DNA from: Leucoraja ocellata
Taxonomy: Eukaryota
Assembly (NCBI GenBank): GCA_036785375.1
Contig: JAWMAR010000561.1
Coordinates: forward strand, 248,001-312,000
Length of the DNA: 64,000 bases
Direction: 5' to 3'
Part shown: piece after piece, positions 37,501-51,838 of the stretch
How positions within the stretch are numbered: the first letter of the stretch is position 1
Layout of the letters: every line of letters starts with the position of its first letter
The notes under the pieces: generated by a model
Seen by the model: only the letters and a program-made list of their open reading frames with translations
The model's database searches: none
Told to the model about the DNA's origin: nothing
Translations under genes and position numbers: made by a program

Positions 37501-40500
37501 AAAACACTTCTTCAGAAGAAGGGTTTCGGCCCGAAACTTTGCCTATTTCCTTCGCTCCATAGATGCTGCCTCACCCGCTGAGTTTCTCCAGCATTTTTGT
37601 CTACCTTCAATTTTCCAGCATCTGCAGTTTCTTCTTAAACATCCTAAATCAGTACCCTGTTCCTGCTTTCTCCCCATATCCCTTGATTCTGTTAGCCCTA
37701 AGAGCTATATCTCTTGAAAGCATCCAGTGAATTGGCCTCCGCTGCCATCTGTGGCAGAGGATTCCACAGATTCACAACTCTCTGGGTGAAAAAGTGTTTC
37801 CGCATCTCAGTCCTAAATGGCCAACCCCTTATTCCTAAACTGTGATCCCTGTTTCTTGAATCCCTCGGGAACATTGTTTCCTGCATCTAGCCTGTCCAAT
37901 CCCTTAATAATTTTATATGTTTAACCCTAAATCATCATTACTGCTAACAGTTTATCTAATCACCATGGTAAGGCATTAATCTATTGCCTACATTACAACA
38001 ATGACAAGGGTTGTGGGTGGAGGTTGAGCCGGATACAATAGTGGCCTTTAAGAATCTTTTGGATAGGCATATGCATACGAAAGTAAGGGAAGGATATGGA
38101 TTAGAATTGGTCTTGGCATTATGTTCAGCACAGACATTGTGGGCCGAAGGGCCTGTTCTATGTTCTATGTTGTATAAGGCCAAAGTACTTTGGACCCCTG
38201 GAAATCATTAAAGGAGCAGTGTGAGCAGTTTATGTTCATACGGTATAGGAGCAGAAGTAGGCCATTCGTCCCACGGCATTCAATCTTGGCTGATTTATCC
38301 TTCCCTCTCAACCCCATAACCTCTGACACCCGTACTAATTAAGAATCTGTCATCTTAAAAAATACCCAATGACTTGGCATCCACAGCCATCTTTGGCAAT
38401 GAATTCCACCGATTCACCAGCCTCTGACGAAAGAAATTCCATCTCATCTCCTTTCTAAAGGTACTTCATTTTATTCTGAGGCTATGGGCTCTGGTCCTAG
38501 ACTCTCCCACTAGTGGAAACATCCTCTCCACATCCGTTCTATCCAGGCTTGTCACTATTCGGTAAGTTTCATCGAGGTTCCCCCTCAGCCCCCCCCACCC
38601 CCCCAGTGCCTTCAAACGCTCATCATATGTTACCTCAATCATTCCTGGTTTTGTATGTTTTATATTCCGTTTTGTGTTTAAAACTAGGGGTTCACTATAT
38701 CCCCTCCAAGAGACACACGCAATTTAGAAATGAGAGATAAATATGACTCAATGAGATGGAACGGGTCCATCTGGTTTCCTACGACTGGGAACTGTTTGAG
38801 GGAGGTGTCACAGAATGGTACAGATTATGCTCTAAACCATCTGCAACGCAACAGAATTAATGACATCAAAATGTCAGTGGGAGGGAAAGAAATAATTCAC
38901 TTCTCATTACAACGAGGGCATCAGGCCTCGCCTTGAACTCCTGGAAAGTATCAAAAGATTCCCCTCCCCTTCACCCCCCACTCCAGAAACAGCAAAGCAT
39001 TTCAATAAATCCAATAGCAATCCATTTAAAAACAGCCAGTTTATTAGTAACAAAACTTATTTCCATGAAATCAGAGGCTTCTTTTAAATTCTCCTTCAGA
39101 AACGATGTGAAGATTATTGAGTGACGGGATGCCATTGGCGGCTCGGTTGTTGTAGATTAAATCATTAGAGAGTCTGGGCCCATTGCCAGCCTCGGGGGTG
39201 TTGAGGAGTGATGCCTTTGCTGGATCTGCGATGACTGCTCTCGGAGGCCTCTCACACGTCCCATGTTCGTCTTCAGTTCTGTAACCAGAGTGTCCCTAAT
39301 GAAGGATCTCATTAGCCGGCATGTTGACAGGAAGTATTTGATTTTACTTCTGCGGTGCGAGGAGGTCAACTGGCCCGTGTTTCTCTACAGCTCTCTCCGT
39401 CCCGTAGTTTCGACTTTAGATTGAGTGTCTGAAGAGTCCCAACCTGAGACGTTGCCTATCCATGTCATCAGGAGATGCTGCCTGACCCACTGAGATACTC
39501 CAGTACTTCGTGCTGTACGTTGTATTCCAGCATCTGCAGTTCCTTGTGACTACATTGAATGTTTATGTTGGTAGTAAGTTCATAAGTTATAGGAACAGAA
39601 TGAGACCATTCAGCCCATCAAGTCTACTTCGCCATTCAATCATGGCTGATCTATCTATTCTCCTACTTTTTCCGCATAATCCCTGACACCCGTACTAAGC
39701 AAGAATCCGCCTTAAAAATGTACATTGATTTGGCCTCCACAGCCTTCTGTAACTTTGCAGATACATTGCGGAAACATTCCCTTCAGCCCACTGAGTCCGC
39801 ACCGACCAGCGATCATCCCGTACACTGGCACTATCCTCCACGCCAGGAAAAATCAATTATTTTATCGAAACCAATGAACCTACAAACCTGTACGTTTTGG
39901 AATGTGGGAGGAAACCGGATCTCCCAGAGAAAACCCACCCGGTCACGTGGAGAATGTACAGACAGCACCCGTAGTCAGGATCGAACCTGGGTCCCTGGCA
40001 GCAACTCTACCGCTGCACCACTGTGACAGATTTGTTTGCAACCACCCTCCTCCCCTACCCCCAACCTGCCCTGACTTGCCTCCATCCCTTCCATGACCCT
40101 CTCACCAGCTGGGTCATCTCATCCACTGATAACATGCAGAGGAATTAAAAGACCTCCGGCAATTGATAGGGACCTGCTCAATGTGAATGCCTGGGGATTA
40201 CTTTGTGCCAATCAAACAACACTTTACTTCGAAATAGCTGCAGTTAATTTCCCAGTGGCATATTTACTTTTTTTTTTTTTAAAGCAGGAAAATAATACTC
40301 CTGCAAGATTTATGTTGAAGCATTGCACTGATTTGGAATAAGTAAAGTATCTGCAAAGTGTTCAACAATTAAGGTGATGACTGTTTTTTTGTTTTCTGTC
40401 ATTATCCATTAAACTAATGATAATATTTAGTTTCTGTGTGTATTGCAAAACAGACAGCTAATGGGAACATCGAACACACATCACTCTCATTTTCCACCGT

Positions 40501-41079
40501 CTGGTCTTGACTGTGGAGATTCCCAACCCAGGGAGATCACACACAGATAGTCCACTGCAGGAGGCCTCATAGTCTGGAATAAATCGCACTGCAATCTCTC
40601 GAGTCCCCTCAATCTTCCTGGTTTGTGCAGAGTGAAACTCCAATTAAAATGTACACAGTGATATTGCTGAGTGTGATCTTCCAGCAGCATCTTGTGTCAG
40701 AATGAGAGAAAGCCAAAACCAAGCAGAAAGACTTTGCGAGATTTTTCAGGGCGGCACGGTGGCGCAGCGGTAGCGTTGCTACCTTGCGCTGCTTGCCACG
40801 CTGGAGACCCAGGTTCGATCCCGACTACAGATGCTGTCTGTTCGGAGTTTGTACCTTCTCCCCGTGACTGCGTGGGTTTTCTCCGAGATCTTCGGTTTCC
40901 TCTTGCACTCCAAAGCCGTACGGGTATGCAGGTTAATTGGTTTGGTGTATGTGTAAATTGTCCCTAGTGTGTGTAGAACAGTGTTAATGTACGGGATTAT
41001 CGATGGTCGGCGCAGACTCGATGGGCCGAAGGACCTGTTTCCGCGCAATATCTCTAGCAAAAAAAACTAAAGATAGTAA

Positions 41080-41375
41080 AATAGTAATCTAGCTCGCTCT
41101 TGAAAGTATCCAGAGAATTGGCCTTCATTGTGTTCTGAGGCAGCGGAATTCCACAGATTCACAACTCTCTGGGTGAAAAGGTTTTTCCTCATCTCCATTC
41201 TAAATGGCCTACCCCTTATTCTTAAACTGTGGCTCCTGGTTCTGGACTCCCCCAACATAGGGAACATGTTTCCTGCCTCCAGCGTGTCCAATCCCTTAAT
41301 AATCTTGTATATTTCAATAAGATACCCTCTCATCCTTCTAAATTCCAGTCTATTCAAGCCCAGTCGCTCCATTCT
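41080..41375 (-). mobile_element. CR1-like LINE ORF2 C-terminal fragment
   Basis: ORF 41067..41384 ERLGLNRLEFRRMRGYLIEIYKIIKG...FTQRVVNLWNS. Further CR1 fragments at ~4100-4640(-), 11320-11640(-), 27815-28360(+), 34880-35165(+), 37645-37920(-), 38240-38575(-), 53195-53570(+). Confidence 0.85.
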
Positions 41376-44300
41376 TAATCTCAAATTCTACTGTGGCACA
41401 GCTGGTAGAGTTGCTGCCTTACAGCGCCAGAGACCCAAGTTTGAATTTAATTTGGTTTTTGCTGTCTGCATGGAGTTTGTACGTTCATCTCGTGACCGTG
41501 TGGGTTTTCTCCTGGTGCTCCAGTTTCCTCCCACACTTCATAGACTTGCACGTTTGTAGGTTAATTGGCTTCTGAAAATTGCCCCCTGGTGTGTAGGATG
41601 CAAAACTGGAATAACACGTAACTAGTGTACGGGTGATCGTTGGTCGGCATGGACACAGTGGGCCAAAGGGTCTATTTCCACTCTGTATCTCTAAACAGAA
41701 CTCAGCTCAACTCGTTGAGGAAACAAAGGGTGGACCATTCCCTCAGGGACAACATTCATCCTTCCTGGCTGCGAGTTGGGAATGCTGCCAGCTCATTCCC
41801 AACCCCTCAGCAACTTGCCATGACTGGCACACCCGGATGCCTTGTCGCCCAACTTTCAACAGGCCCCTTATCCTGACACGTTAAAAAAATAAGCTCGTCA
41901 AGAAAATAAAAATTACTTCACGTCATATTGCTCAACGGTCTTCCGTTCCCCCCCCCCCCCCCCCCCCCTCCCCCCACCCCTTATGTTCATGGTTGGGCAC
42001 TTTGAATAAGCCATGTTTGTGCACATAATGGAACAGCGAGATAGTCAGATAAAGAACTAATCCCTGTCGGAAGTGTGACTACTTGACAAATTTGATTTCT
42101 TGCTTTAGACATTGAGTCTGCACATGTTACTTGATCGTGTCAAAGGTGAATTCTTGATTTATTACTGGAAAATAAGCCCGTATGTCTTATGTTATTAGGT
42201 CCTTGTCAGTCCTTGCAACTTTGCCAAGAAAAGTTCTGCTCTGATCAGGATTTGTACATCAATGCAGATAAAATATGAATCAATTTGCAGATTTTAGTCA
42301 AGACAGCTTATTTAATGGCCTGCTCAATTACATAGACAAAACAAAAACCACCAGAAACATGAAGCTAACCCACCATTTTACACCGCTGTGGCTTGGCTAG
42401 AATTCAAATGGAAACGGATAGTCGGCAGGAGTTTAATTGCATTTACTAGTCCGAACCTCCAATGTATGATCAGTTTGTTACAGAATTTTACATTTGAGTA
42501 TTGGACTTGATATTGAGCAGAGCAGTTGCCCAATAGGTTTGGGTGCATGCTGATAGGATGCTTTCTATGGCTCATCTGTAGAATGTGGTGAGTCTTTGGA
42601 GACATGCCGAACTTCCTTAGTTTAGGAGTCAATCTGCAAAAGGGTCCAGACCCGAAACATTATCTGACCATGTCCATCCACAGAGGCTGTCTGATCCACC
42701 GAGTTCCTCCAGCAGTTTGTTTTTTTGTTTCAGAGTACATCAGGCATAGTGTCAGTCTTCATATACAGTCTCATAAGTCTATGAGACGGCACAATGGCAG
42801 AGCTACTGCCCCACAGCACCATAGACCCAGGTTCGATCCCGATCTTGAGTGCTGCCTGTGTGGAGTTTGCACGTTCTTCCTGAGACCACCTCAAAGACTT
42901 GCGGGATTGTAGGCTAATTGTCAGCTGTAAAATTGCTGCCAATGTGTAGAGAATGCGACAACATCGAACTAATGTTGACGGGTGAGGGAACGTCTGTGGA
43001 CTTGGTGGACCAATGGACTTGCCTCCATGCTGTATCTTTAAACTAAACTAAGAGAATGATCAAATAAACTTTGCACAGAAAATGGGAGGGAAGGGATTTC
43101 CCATGGTTATGATGCTCCATTAAGGAATGCCTGAAGAAAGGTCTCGACCCGAAATGTCTCCTATTCCTTCTCTCCAGAGATGCTGTCTGTCCCGCTGAGT
43201 TACTCCAGCTTTTTGTGTCCATCTTGTGTTATTCAAACAAGTATTTATTCAGCACAGCATCAAAAAAGTAGAATTAATTTTTCAGTCATGGTATTAATAT
43301 TTACAGTTGTTTTTCTTGTGTTAGGTGAAGTGGACAGACAACGTTTGGTAAGTTGCCCCTGATACGGTGATTGATGATCAGCATGGACATGGTGGGCCGA
43401 AGGGCCTGTTTCCATGCCGTTTGACTCTATAATGATTATCCGGGAGTGGATGAAGGGAAAGGAAAATAAGGTTCCTGGAAAACGACCCAGTGTATATTTG
43501 CAACACCTGTACAAGTGTTGTGGAAAAAAACAAACCCTGCGTTTCAGCATAAATCACCCCTACAGTCTATGCGGCAACAGAACTATGATGGAACATGATT
43601 TTTTTAGCCTGTTGTGATGATTCCAAGCCTCATGGGAGAGAACTCCCCAAAATGGACACTTTGTTTCGAGAACATTGTCAATTTAGGAATAGTTTGGTCA
43701 TTTGAACCAACCTATGGCATGGTCTGATCTGATCTCCCCTGCAGTGGTCTCCCTGTCTTGGCTGGAGAGCAAAACCAATTTATTTCTTATTTCCAGTCAA
43801 ATCCAAGTCATTACACTTTCATGGTGTTACCCATGAGAACAGACAGGAAAATGGGATAAAGAATCTGTTCAAGGAGAGAAACAATAGCCTACACAACAAA
43901 AAGCAAAGCAGTGCATGCTTGCTAAAGGAACAGTAAATTGCTTACATCATAGGGCTATTTGCAGTCTGAGTATATACTGTACCAGGGGGATTGGGGCTAA
44001 TTACTTGTAAAGTGTGGTCACTGTTGTAATGTAGGGAATATGGTAGCTAATCTGTACAGACGGCAAATGTAGGAGCTGCTCAGGAGCTGCTGCCCCACAG
44101 TTCAATACTGACCATGGGTGCTGTCTGTATGGAGTTTGTACATTCTCCCTGTGATCACGTGGGTTCCTCCTACTTTCCAAAGACGTGCGTGTTTGTGGGG
44201 TATTTGGTGTCTGTAAATTGCCCCTCATGTGTAAGGATGAGAAAATGAGATACCATAGAACTAGTGTACGTGTGATCGATGATCGGTGGTCACGGTGAAC

Positions 44301-45559
44301 TGTAGGGTCTGTTTCCACACGTTATTTCTAAACTAAACTAAATTAAACAATTGAGGATAGTAACAAATACAGGCCTTGTTATGATAAAAAAAAATGAACT
44401 GCTAATGCTGGTTCATTCCAAAGATAGATACAAAATCCTGGAGTAACTCAATGGGTCGGGCAGCATCTCTGGAGAACACAAAATACTGAGGTAAAAAAAC
44501 TGGCCTTGAAACCTTTGTTCACATCCCATGAATAAATGAAAGAAGTGCCCTCGTGGCTACGGCAATTTTAAGTAGAATTTTAACAAGCTCTTCGTGATCA
44601 CTGACTTTACAATTTACATGAATTCCTTTCTTACACAAAGAAGCTTGTGTATTAATATATTTCTAAAATGTGGCCTTATTTATCCTGAAGGAACTGCAGA
44701 TGCTGGAAAATCGAAGGTAGACAAAAATGCTGGAGAAAGCACAATGCCACAAAAATGAGTATCTGAATACCAGGATAAATAAGGCGAAGGAAATAGGCAA
44801 CGTTTCGGGTCTGAAGAAGGGTCTCAACCTGAAACATTGCCTATTTCCTTCGCTCTATAGAAACTCAGCGGGTGAGGCAGCATCTATAGAGCGAAGGAAA
44901 TAGGCAACGTTTCGGGTCGAGACCCTTCTTCAGGGTCTGAAGTCTGAAGAAGGGTCTCGACCTGAAACGTTGCCTTTTTCCTTCGCCTTATTTATCCTGG
45001 TATCCAGATACTCATTTTTGTGTTAGTGTGATGACAATATACTGTACCCCAATGGCATTGTGCTTTAAATATATAACAGTTTGAAGGTGCTTCTACTGAT
45101 AAAGATAGCCTACGGTATATCACAGTATATTATATCCTGACTTTACTGCACTTCATCTTGCATTAAACATTATCCCCTTTATCTCGTATTGGTACACTGT
45201 GGACCGCTCGATTGTAATCATGTATAGTCTTCCCGCTGACTGGTTAACACATAACAAAAGCTTTTCACTGTACCTCGGTACACATGGCAATATACAAAAC
45301 TGATTTCCCTCCCATTCTGGTGCCTGGTTGATAGCGACATGGTGGGAAATCATAGGTACAATCCAATGTCCAACACATAGTCCTACTACTTCTTGACCAA
45401 AAGAGCTTTGTTGCAAAGGTCATTCACGGGAGTCAAAGCTGACAGCAAGGCCTTTCCAAAAACAGCGTTTAACGTAACAGCACTTGATACATTCATTGCC
45501 ATAATTGGAAAAGTGGAACCATTCACTGCGGACAATCTTTGCATTTTCCTTTGTGAAGG

Positions 45560-45705
45560 CTTGAAAATCACTTCCAGTTGGTTGAATGTGGGAAGAGGTG
45601 TCCCATGGGGTTCTGGTGAGGGAGGGCTTCTGTTCACTATGAACATCAATGCATTGGACGTAGGGCCAGAGAGACAGGTGTCCAAATAGGCAGACGTACC
45701 AAAGT
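45560..45705 (+). pseudogene. Ancient CR1/L2 reverse-transcriptase remnant
   Basis: VGRGVPWGSGEGGLLFTMNINALDVGPERQVSK*AD aligns by eye to the GVPQGSVLGPLLF..YINDLD.G....SKFADD RT motif. Confidence 0.6.
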
Positions 45706-46689
45706 AAGAGGCTTTGTACCTTATTCTCAGGGGTGATGGAAGCTATACAGAGGTTGACTGGGGAGTTTCAGACCAGAAGCCAAAGTTCAGAGCCAGTTCG
45801 TTCAATTTGTGAAATGTGTCTACACTAAATAGAATAATTAGATGTTTCAATTCAATAAATAAGAATTGCTTCTGTGTCAAGTGTCACTTTAAAATCTGCG
45901 TTTCCTAGATTTTATTAGCAAACGATGAATTTCAAGGGTGTAAAGCAGCAGATTAGTTGTGAATTCTATAAATTTCTATTCCCCTTTCCTATGTCGCTTA
46001 TGTTTTTCTGGTATAAAGTGCACACAATATATAATGGGGTTGAATGTAAGTGCAAGGAAATACATTTTGTTTAAAATATAATCTTAATACTTATTCCTTG
46101 AATGGAACAGAACAGGGTGAATAGTGAGTGTGATCGTTTATGATCACATTAAATTCATCCCCTCAAGCAAATATGGCCATGAATAATCATGATGCTTGTT
46201 TTACAATGCAATTGACAGAATATAGGAATTGAGATGGACACAAAATGCTGGAGTAACTCAGTGGGACAGGCAGCATCTCTGGATAGAAGGAATGGGTGAC
46301 GTTTCGGGTTGGCAATTTTGTTCAATGTAAACCAGCATCTGCAGTTCCTATACATGACTTCCATTATGTCTGGGACTTATCGATTCGATGATTGTGTGGA
46401 TACATGCAAGCAGTTTAAGGCAGGGTAGAGTAGGTGAGGCTATTACAATGCCCCAATAATTGAAGCACAGGCCATCTCATTGTCACCTGATTGGTGTTGT
46501 AACGGAACAAGGCAGGCAGGTGAGGTTTGGACTCACACTCGCCTGGAAGCTAAACACCAGCATAAGACAGTTACTGCTTCTATACGCCGTGTAATTGGCA
46601 TGCAATTACACACACATTCAGGCTGGATCTATAATGCATGTATTCTTCATTAGCTCCACTGTCTCACCAGACTGGTGACTGTCTAAACC

Positions 46690-47660
46690 CCTGTGGGAAG
46701 TGGAAGGAAGCCGTCTTAGCTTCATCATCAGAGCCACCTACGATGTTCTTCCCACACTCAAGAACCTAAACCAGTGGCTTGGAGAAGATCCATCATGTAC
46801 TCTCTGCCAAACCCCAGCAACATTAAGGCACATCCTCACTGGCTGCAAAACCAGTCTTTCACAAGGCCGCTACACCTGGAGGAACAATCAGGTCTTGCGA
46901 CAACTGGCGAGTACCTTGGAAGGAAGGAGGACTACCACCAACGCCCTCCCTCCTCCAACGCCAGGTTTCTCGAACACCACCCCTTTTGTAAAGGCAGGAC
47001 AACTTCCACAGAAGCCATTTGCAAGAAAGGAACTGACCCTCCTGGACACTGCCCGGGACTGGAAAATGCAGGCTGATCTAGACCAGAAGCTCATCTATCC
47101 ACCAGAGATCATCACAACTAATCTCAGGCTGGACCTGATCTTGTGGTCAACCTCACCGAAGTCCCTGTACATCGTGGAGTTAACTGTGCCTTGGGAGGCT
47201 GCAGTTGGTGAAGCGCATGAACGCAAATGTCTGAAGTATTCAGATTTAGCAGCCGAGGCAGAACAATGCGGCTGGCGTACACATGTGCTCCCTGTAGAGG
47301 TTGGTTGTAGAGGGTTTGTAGCCGTGTCAACAACCAGACTCCTGAAGGGAATGGGGTTCCTGAGGTCGCTGTCAGAGGCTGCCGAGCGAAGCAGCCACTG
47401 GCTGTGGCTGAAGAGGAAGGACTCCAACTGGGCTGCAAAATGACCAGCAAGAGGGGTCAAATGGAGGGGAGCGCATCTGCAATGCCAGGTGTTGCTGTTG
47501 AGCCTTCTGGAGGTGCCGTGGGCCTATCAACGAAACACCAAGGAAGGAGGGTGCCCACCTGATGACCCCAATGAAGTCTTTACCCCGACCCCCACTCAAG
47601 ATATTTAGAAGGTGCCAATTATAGCAGGGATTATAATATCAAGTCCTATAAACTTAACTA
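46690..47660 (+). mobile_element. 5'-truncated HERO/NeSL-clade non-LTR retrotransposon (restriction-like endonuclease type)
   Basis: Uninterrupted 247-aa frame 46700..47443: YDVLPT..NL..W, CCHC finger CTLC...TLRHILTGC, RYTWR(N)NQVL, LR(L)DL, IVELTVPWE, AHERKxLKY, VEVGCRG; about 200-bp 3'UTR ending ...taaacttaact. Confidence 0.85.
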
Positions 47661-49703
47661 AGATATTTGGCTCAGTCCATGTTCCAGACTCATTAGTTTT
47701 GTGTTCTGGGAGTTACGGGTAGTTCAAACAAAGAATTGTTATGTAAAATCAATAAACCTATCAGCAACTTTTTCCCATGTTTTTTGATTAGTTTATAGGA
47801 CTCGGGAGACCTGATAACCATTAAGGAGATTTATTTTTATGTAATGGGCTGTCTTTGAATAGTTAAAACATTGAAGGAGAAGTCTCCCTTCCCCTTGTTA
47901 TACACAGTTGCGGTGCATTGCAAACTCATTAGAACCAGAGATATGCCGTCTAAATGATAGGGTCCAGACCTGGGAAACAAATAGTGGAAGAGTAATCCAC
48001 TAATTCAATGTGTTCAGGTCAGAGTAATCTGGTATGAGTGTTGACATCTTCTTTGAACTCCCTTGTCACTGAGCACACACTTTACTAACAGTCTCGGACA
48101 TGGGCTGACACTAGCACCACAGTTGAATCAATATATTACGTTGAACCTTCGAACCGAACGGCAGCAGCCTGCCAGCTCTTCAAGCCTCACCAAGCTCTGG
48201 CTGATAGGCTGACATTAAACACGAGGCCTAACTGGGAGATGATGATGGTCACAGTCTGAAATTAATTGATCCAATATTGGTAACAGTGATGACAAACCTC
48301 TAACTCTGGAATTCCCTTCCTCCGTTTCTCCCCTTCTTTACTGATCTTCAAAATGCTTGTTAAAACCTCGTCATGCCTGCTTAACTTAGGGTGGCACAGT
48401 GGGGCAGCTGGTAGGGCTGCTGCCTCACAGCGCCAGAGACCCGGGTTCGATCCTGACCTCGGGCGCTGTCTGTGTGGGGTTTGCATGTTATCCCTGTAAC
48501 CGAGCGGATTTCCTCCGGGTGCTCCGGTTTCCTCCCACATCCCCAAGACATGGATTGCCCCCTGTGTGTAGGGATTGGGTGTGAAAGTGGGATAACATTG
48601 AACTTGTGTACATGGGTGATTGATGGTCAGTGTGGACTCAGTGGGCCGAAGGGCCTCTTTCCATGTAGTATCTCTAAATTAAACACGAGCGTTTGTTTTA
48701 AAATGAACCTGTGATTCCTGCTCCCAATGCTAAATATATACTATCTTAAACCTGGTGTTGATGAGTTTTTCAGGACTTATTATGAACTCAATCCGTGATC
48801 TTAATTGAATAGATGTGGTTTTAACAGTTTAACACTCCGTAATGTCTAACGTTTTAAGAGAAAGCTGCATTGTTCTCAATCATTATCAGTTCAGCTGGTA
48901 TAAAGTACACAAAAGTACATTGGCTCGGAGGGATAGGGACTTGGTTAATGTACCCTTATTATTTATTGACGGCAGCTATTTAGTGCTTTTACTTTGTTCT
49001 CCGTTCTCTGACTTAATGGTGGTTAATGCGGCAAGCTGAAGGTCAAGGACTTGTTCACTTGGCTGCATGTCCGTGGAAAGGAATAGGCGCAAAGGCAGTA
49101 GGATTCGGGAACGCACTGCGTCATTGCTTTAGCAGCTTTCCACGGCTCAGGGAACCCACTATTATTACCCCGAGTCACCGAGGGAGACCTGCCATCAACA
49201 CCGTGTCTTTCAGGTAGTAAAATGTCCTGAAGCACTTACGTTGCTGGCAGGGCTCTGATGGACTACACCAGTGAAAAGACACTGGAGTAATAGGTCGCAG
49301 ACTTGGGACTCCACGCTTGACAGGCAATTAGAATTGAAGATGGAGAAACAGATGGCGGGTCTCAGACAATTCCTGTACAAACCACAATCATTAACAACGA
49401 TCTTGTAGCTAAGTTAATTTCCTACTGTTTCACCTCGGGAATGCGGAAACAACCTTTGCAGATGATGCATTACTTTTCCAGTCTCAGTGACTTTTGCTTC
49501 CCATCCATCATAACATCCTTCACTTAAGAAACAAGCCTTAACCTTGCCGCAGGTGGGATGGGGTAACACCCTGCGCCAAGCAACAGATTGTCCTTGTTAT
49601 TTAGTAGGACGGCTTGGTAATTTGGCCAAAGTATATTATCCGGCTTCTGACTGTGCTCAAAGCCGAAGGCAAGTAACACTTTTTTTCCCCTCTTTCTCTC
49701 CAG

Positions 49704-49773
49704 AGGACATCTTCATTCAACAGACCCAAGACATAAAGAACCCGATCATCTACGCTGCATTCACAGCCTCGGG
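49704..49773 (+). CDS. SEMA3F: Semaphorin 3F, Sema-domain exon
   Basis: tttctctccag|AGGAC ... TCGGG|gtaggt; 70 nt; (Q)DIFIQQTQDIKNPIIYAAFTAS(G); phase 1 to 2 fits both neighbours. Confidence 0.95.
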
Positions 49774-51838
49774 GTAGGTACAATGGGGACTCCGTTCACG
49801 AATGGGTTGATCATACGAGGCACAAAATTAACAAATTTGTTCTACAAACGTTGCCTTATCATCGCAACCACCTTGAAGAAATGATTTAGTCACATTTTGC
49901 ATTTCCATGTGTTGTATTACTGGAAGAAAGAGCAACTTTAATTTTATGGATTAGGCAGGAACTTTTTCAGAATTCAGTTAGTTAGAACAGTTCCAAAGAT
50001 GTAAAGTTTCTCGGTTAATTGTCTTCAGTAAGAATTGTGAATTGTGAATTGTCCCTAGTGTGTAGAATAGTGCTTGTGCATGGGGATCGCTGGTCAGTGT
50101 GGACTCGGGTGGAGAGAGTAAAACCCTCAGATATATTTACTGGGACCATGGTAAATGGAGACAATGGCTGCTAGGTGGTTGAAGCAAGAACTTAGAGGAA
50201 GTGGGGTGGGTGGTGCAGTGGTAGAGTTGTTGCCTTACAGTGCCAGAGCCCTGGGTTCAATCCTGATTACGGGTGCTGTCTGTATGGAGTTTGTACGTTC
50301 TCCCTGTGACCGCGTGGATTTTCTCCAGGTGCTCGAGTTTCCTCCCACGCTCCAAAGACGTGCAAGTTGGCAGATAAATTGGCTTCTGTACATTGTCGCT
50401 CATGTGCAGGATAGTGCTAGTGTGCAAGGTGATCGATGGTTAGTGCGGGCTCGGTGGGACCGAGGGCCTACTTCCTAGCTGTATCTCTAGAAGTCTGAAG
50501 AAATCTGCGCACGCAGAAGGTTGTTGGAATGTGAAGACATCTGTATGTGTTTATCTGGATGATATATCAATACTTGTAACAATGCATTGAGGGGTGGTAC
50601 AAAGCTGGTGAAACTACTGGGTGGCTCTTTCACAAAGCCATTACAAATGCAGGAGGTCAAATGGCCCTTTGCAACAAACGGCTGAAGTTCAGCGCCACAC
50701 AGCACCTGCATGTTGGGCCATAGAGTCATCACGGCACAGAAACAAGCCCTTCAGCCCAACTTGCCCATGCCAACCAAGATGCCCCATCTACACTAGTCCC
50801 ACTAGTTTGGCCCATATCCCTCTAAACATTTCCTATCCATTTACCTGTCCAAACGTATTTTTACTGTTGCTGTAGTACCTGCCTCAACTACCTCCCCAGG
50901 TCGCTTGTAGGTAGATCCTCAGCGAGACCATGCAGTGCCAACGTCAGGTTGCTTCAGAATCCTACCATCTTGTTGCCAGAGAGCAGTCATGCCAATGAGC
51001 CACCCACCAGTGAATAGCAAGATGGCACAGGACCTCAAATCCTGACCTTATGATCCAAACGAGAAAGCAGATCTGGAAATGGAAACCAATTTGATGAAAC
51101 AAATTGACCAAAGTGATCAGAAGACAGGAGAGAGTAAAGCCCTGAGATATATATCGTGTAAAATCCCAGGAGAAGTGAATCACCCCCTGAAAGATAATTA
51201 GGTGAATTAGAATTCTGCATAAACAGAGAGTGGTGGACATTGCCCAGCCCATCACATGCACTGACCTCCCCACCATTGAAGGGATCTAGAGGGAGGTTGC
51301 CTCAAAAAGGTAGCCACTTTCATTAAAAAAAAAAAAACACACACACCACCCTACCCCCATTCTTATTTAACTCCTACCATCAGGAAGAAGGTACACAAGT
51401 CTGACCATCAGGTTCAGGAATAGCTACTTCCCAACAACCATCACGCTCTTGAACACCACACAATACTTACCTCAGCCACGAACTTCTATGGACCGTCTTT
51501 AGTTGCACAAAGGACTTTAGGTTTTGCACTATTGTGGTTAATAATTTATTGGCATTTTTCATTATATGTTATTGATGTTTGTGGGCTTGTTATGCTGCTG
51601 CAACTAAGAGTTTCATTATTCCGTTGTTGGTTCATATGACAATTAAACACTCTTGATTAAAATGACCCCTAAGAGTATGAATGCACCACCATATCACTGC
51701 AATATTCCTTGCAACAGCATTACCTCTACACACTCCCAGTGTCGTTTCACGATCTTTATCCTTCTTATTAAAAACCGGGAATTATTGTGCGTTCTCACCG
51801 GCCATTCATTCATGGTCTGTTCATTCTTGTGTCAACAG

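Noticed and set aside
40750-40825. tRNA-like A/B boxes at the SINE heads
   Set aside because: They continue into the V-domain and LINE-derived tail, so they are SINE heads rather than tRNA genes.
47525-47580. CGAAAC...CTGATGA in the HERO-like 3'UTR as a type II hammerhead
   Set aside because: No UH triplet after the potential stem III and no room for stem I.
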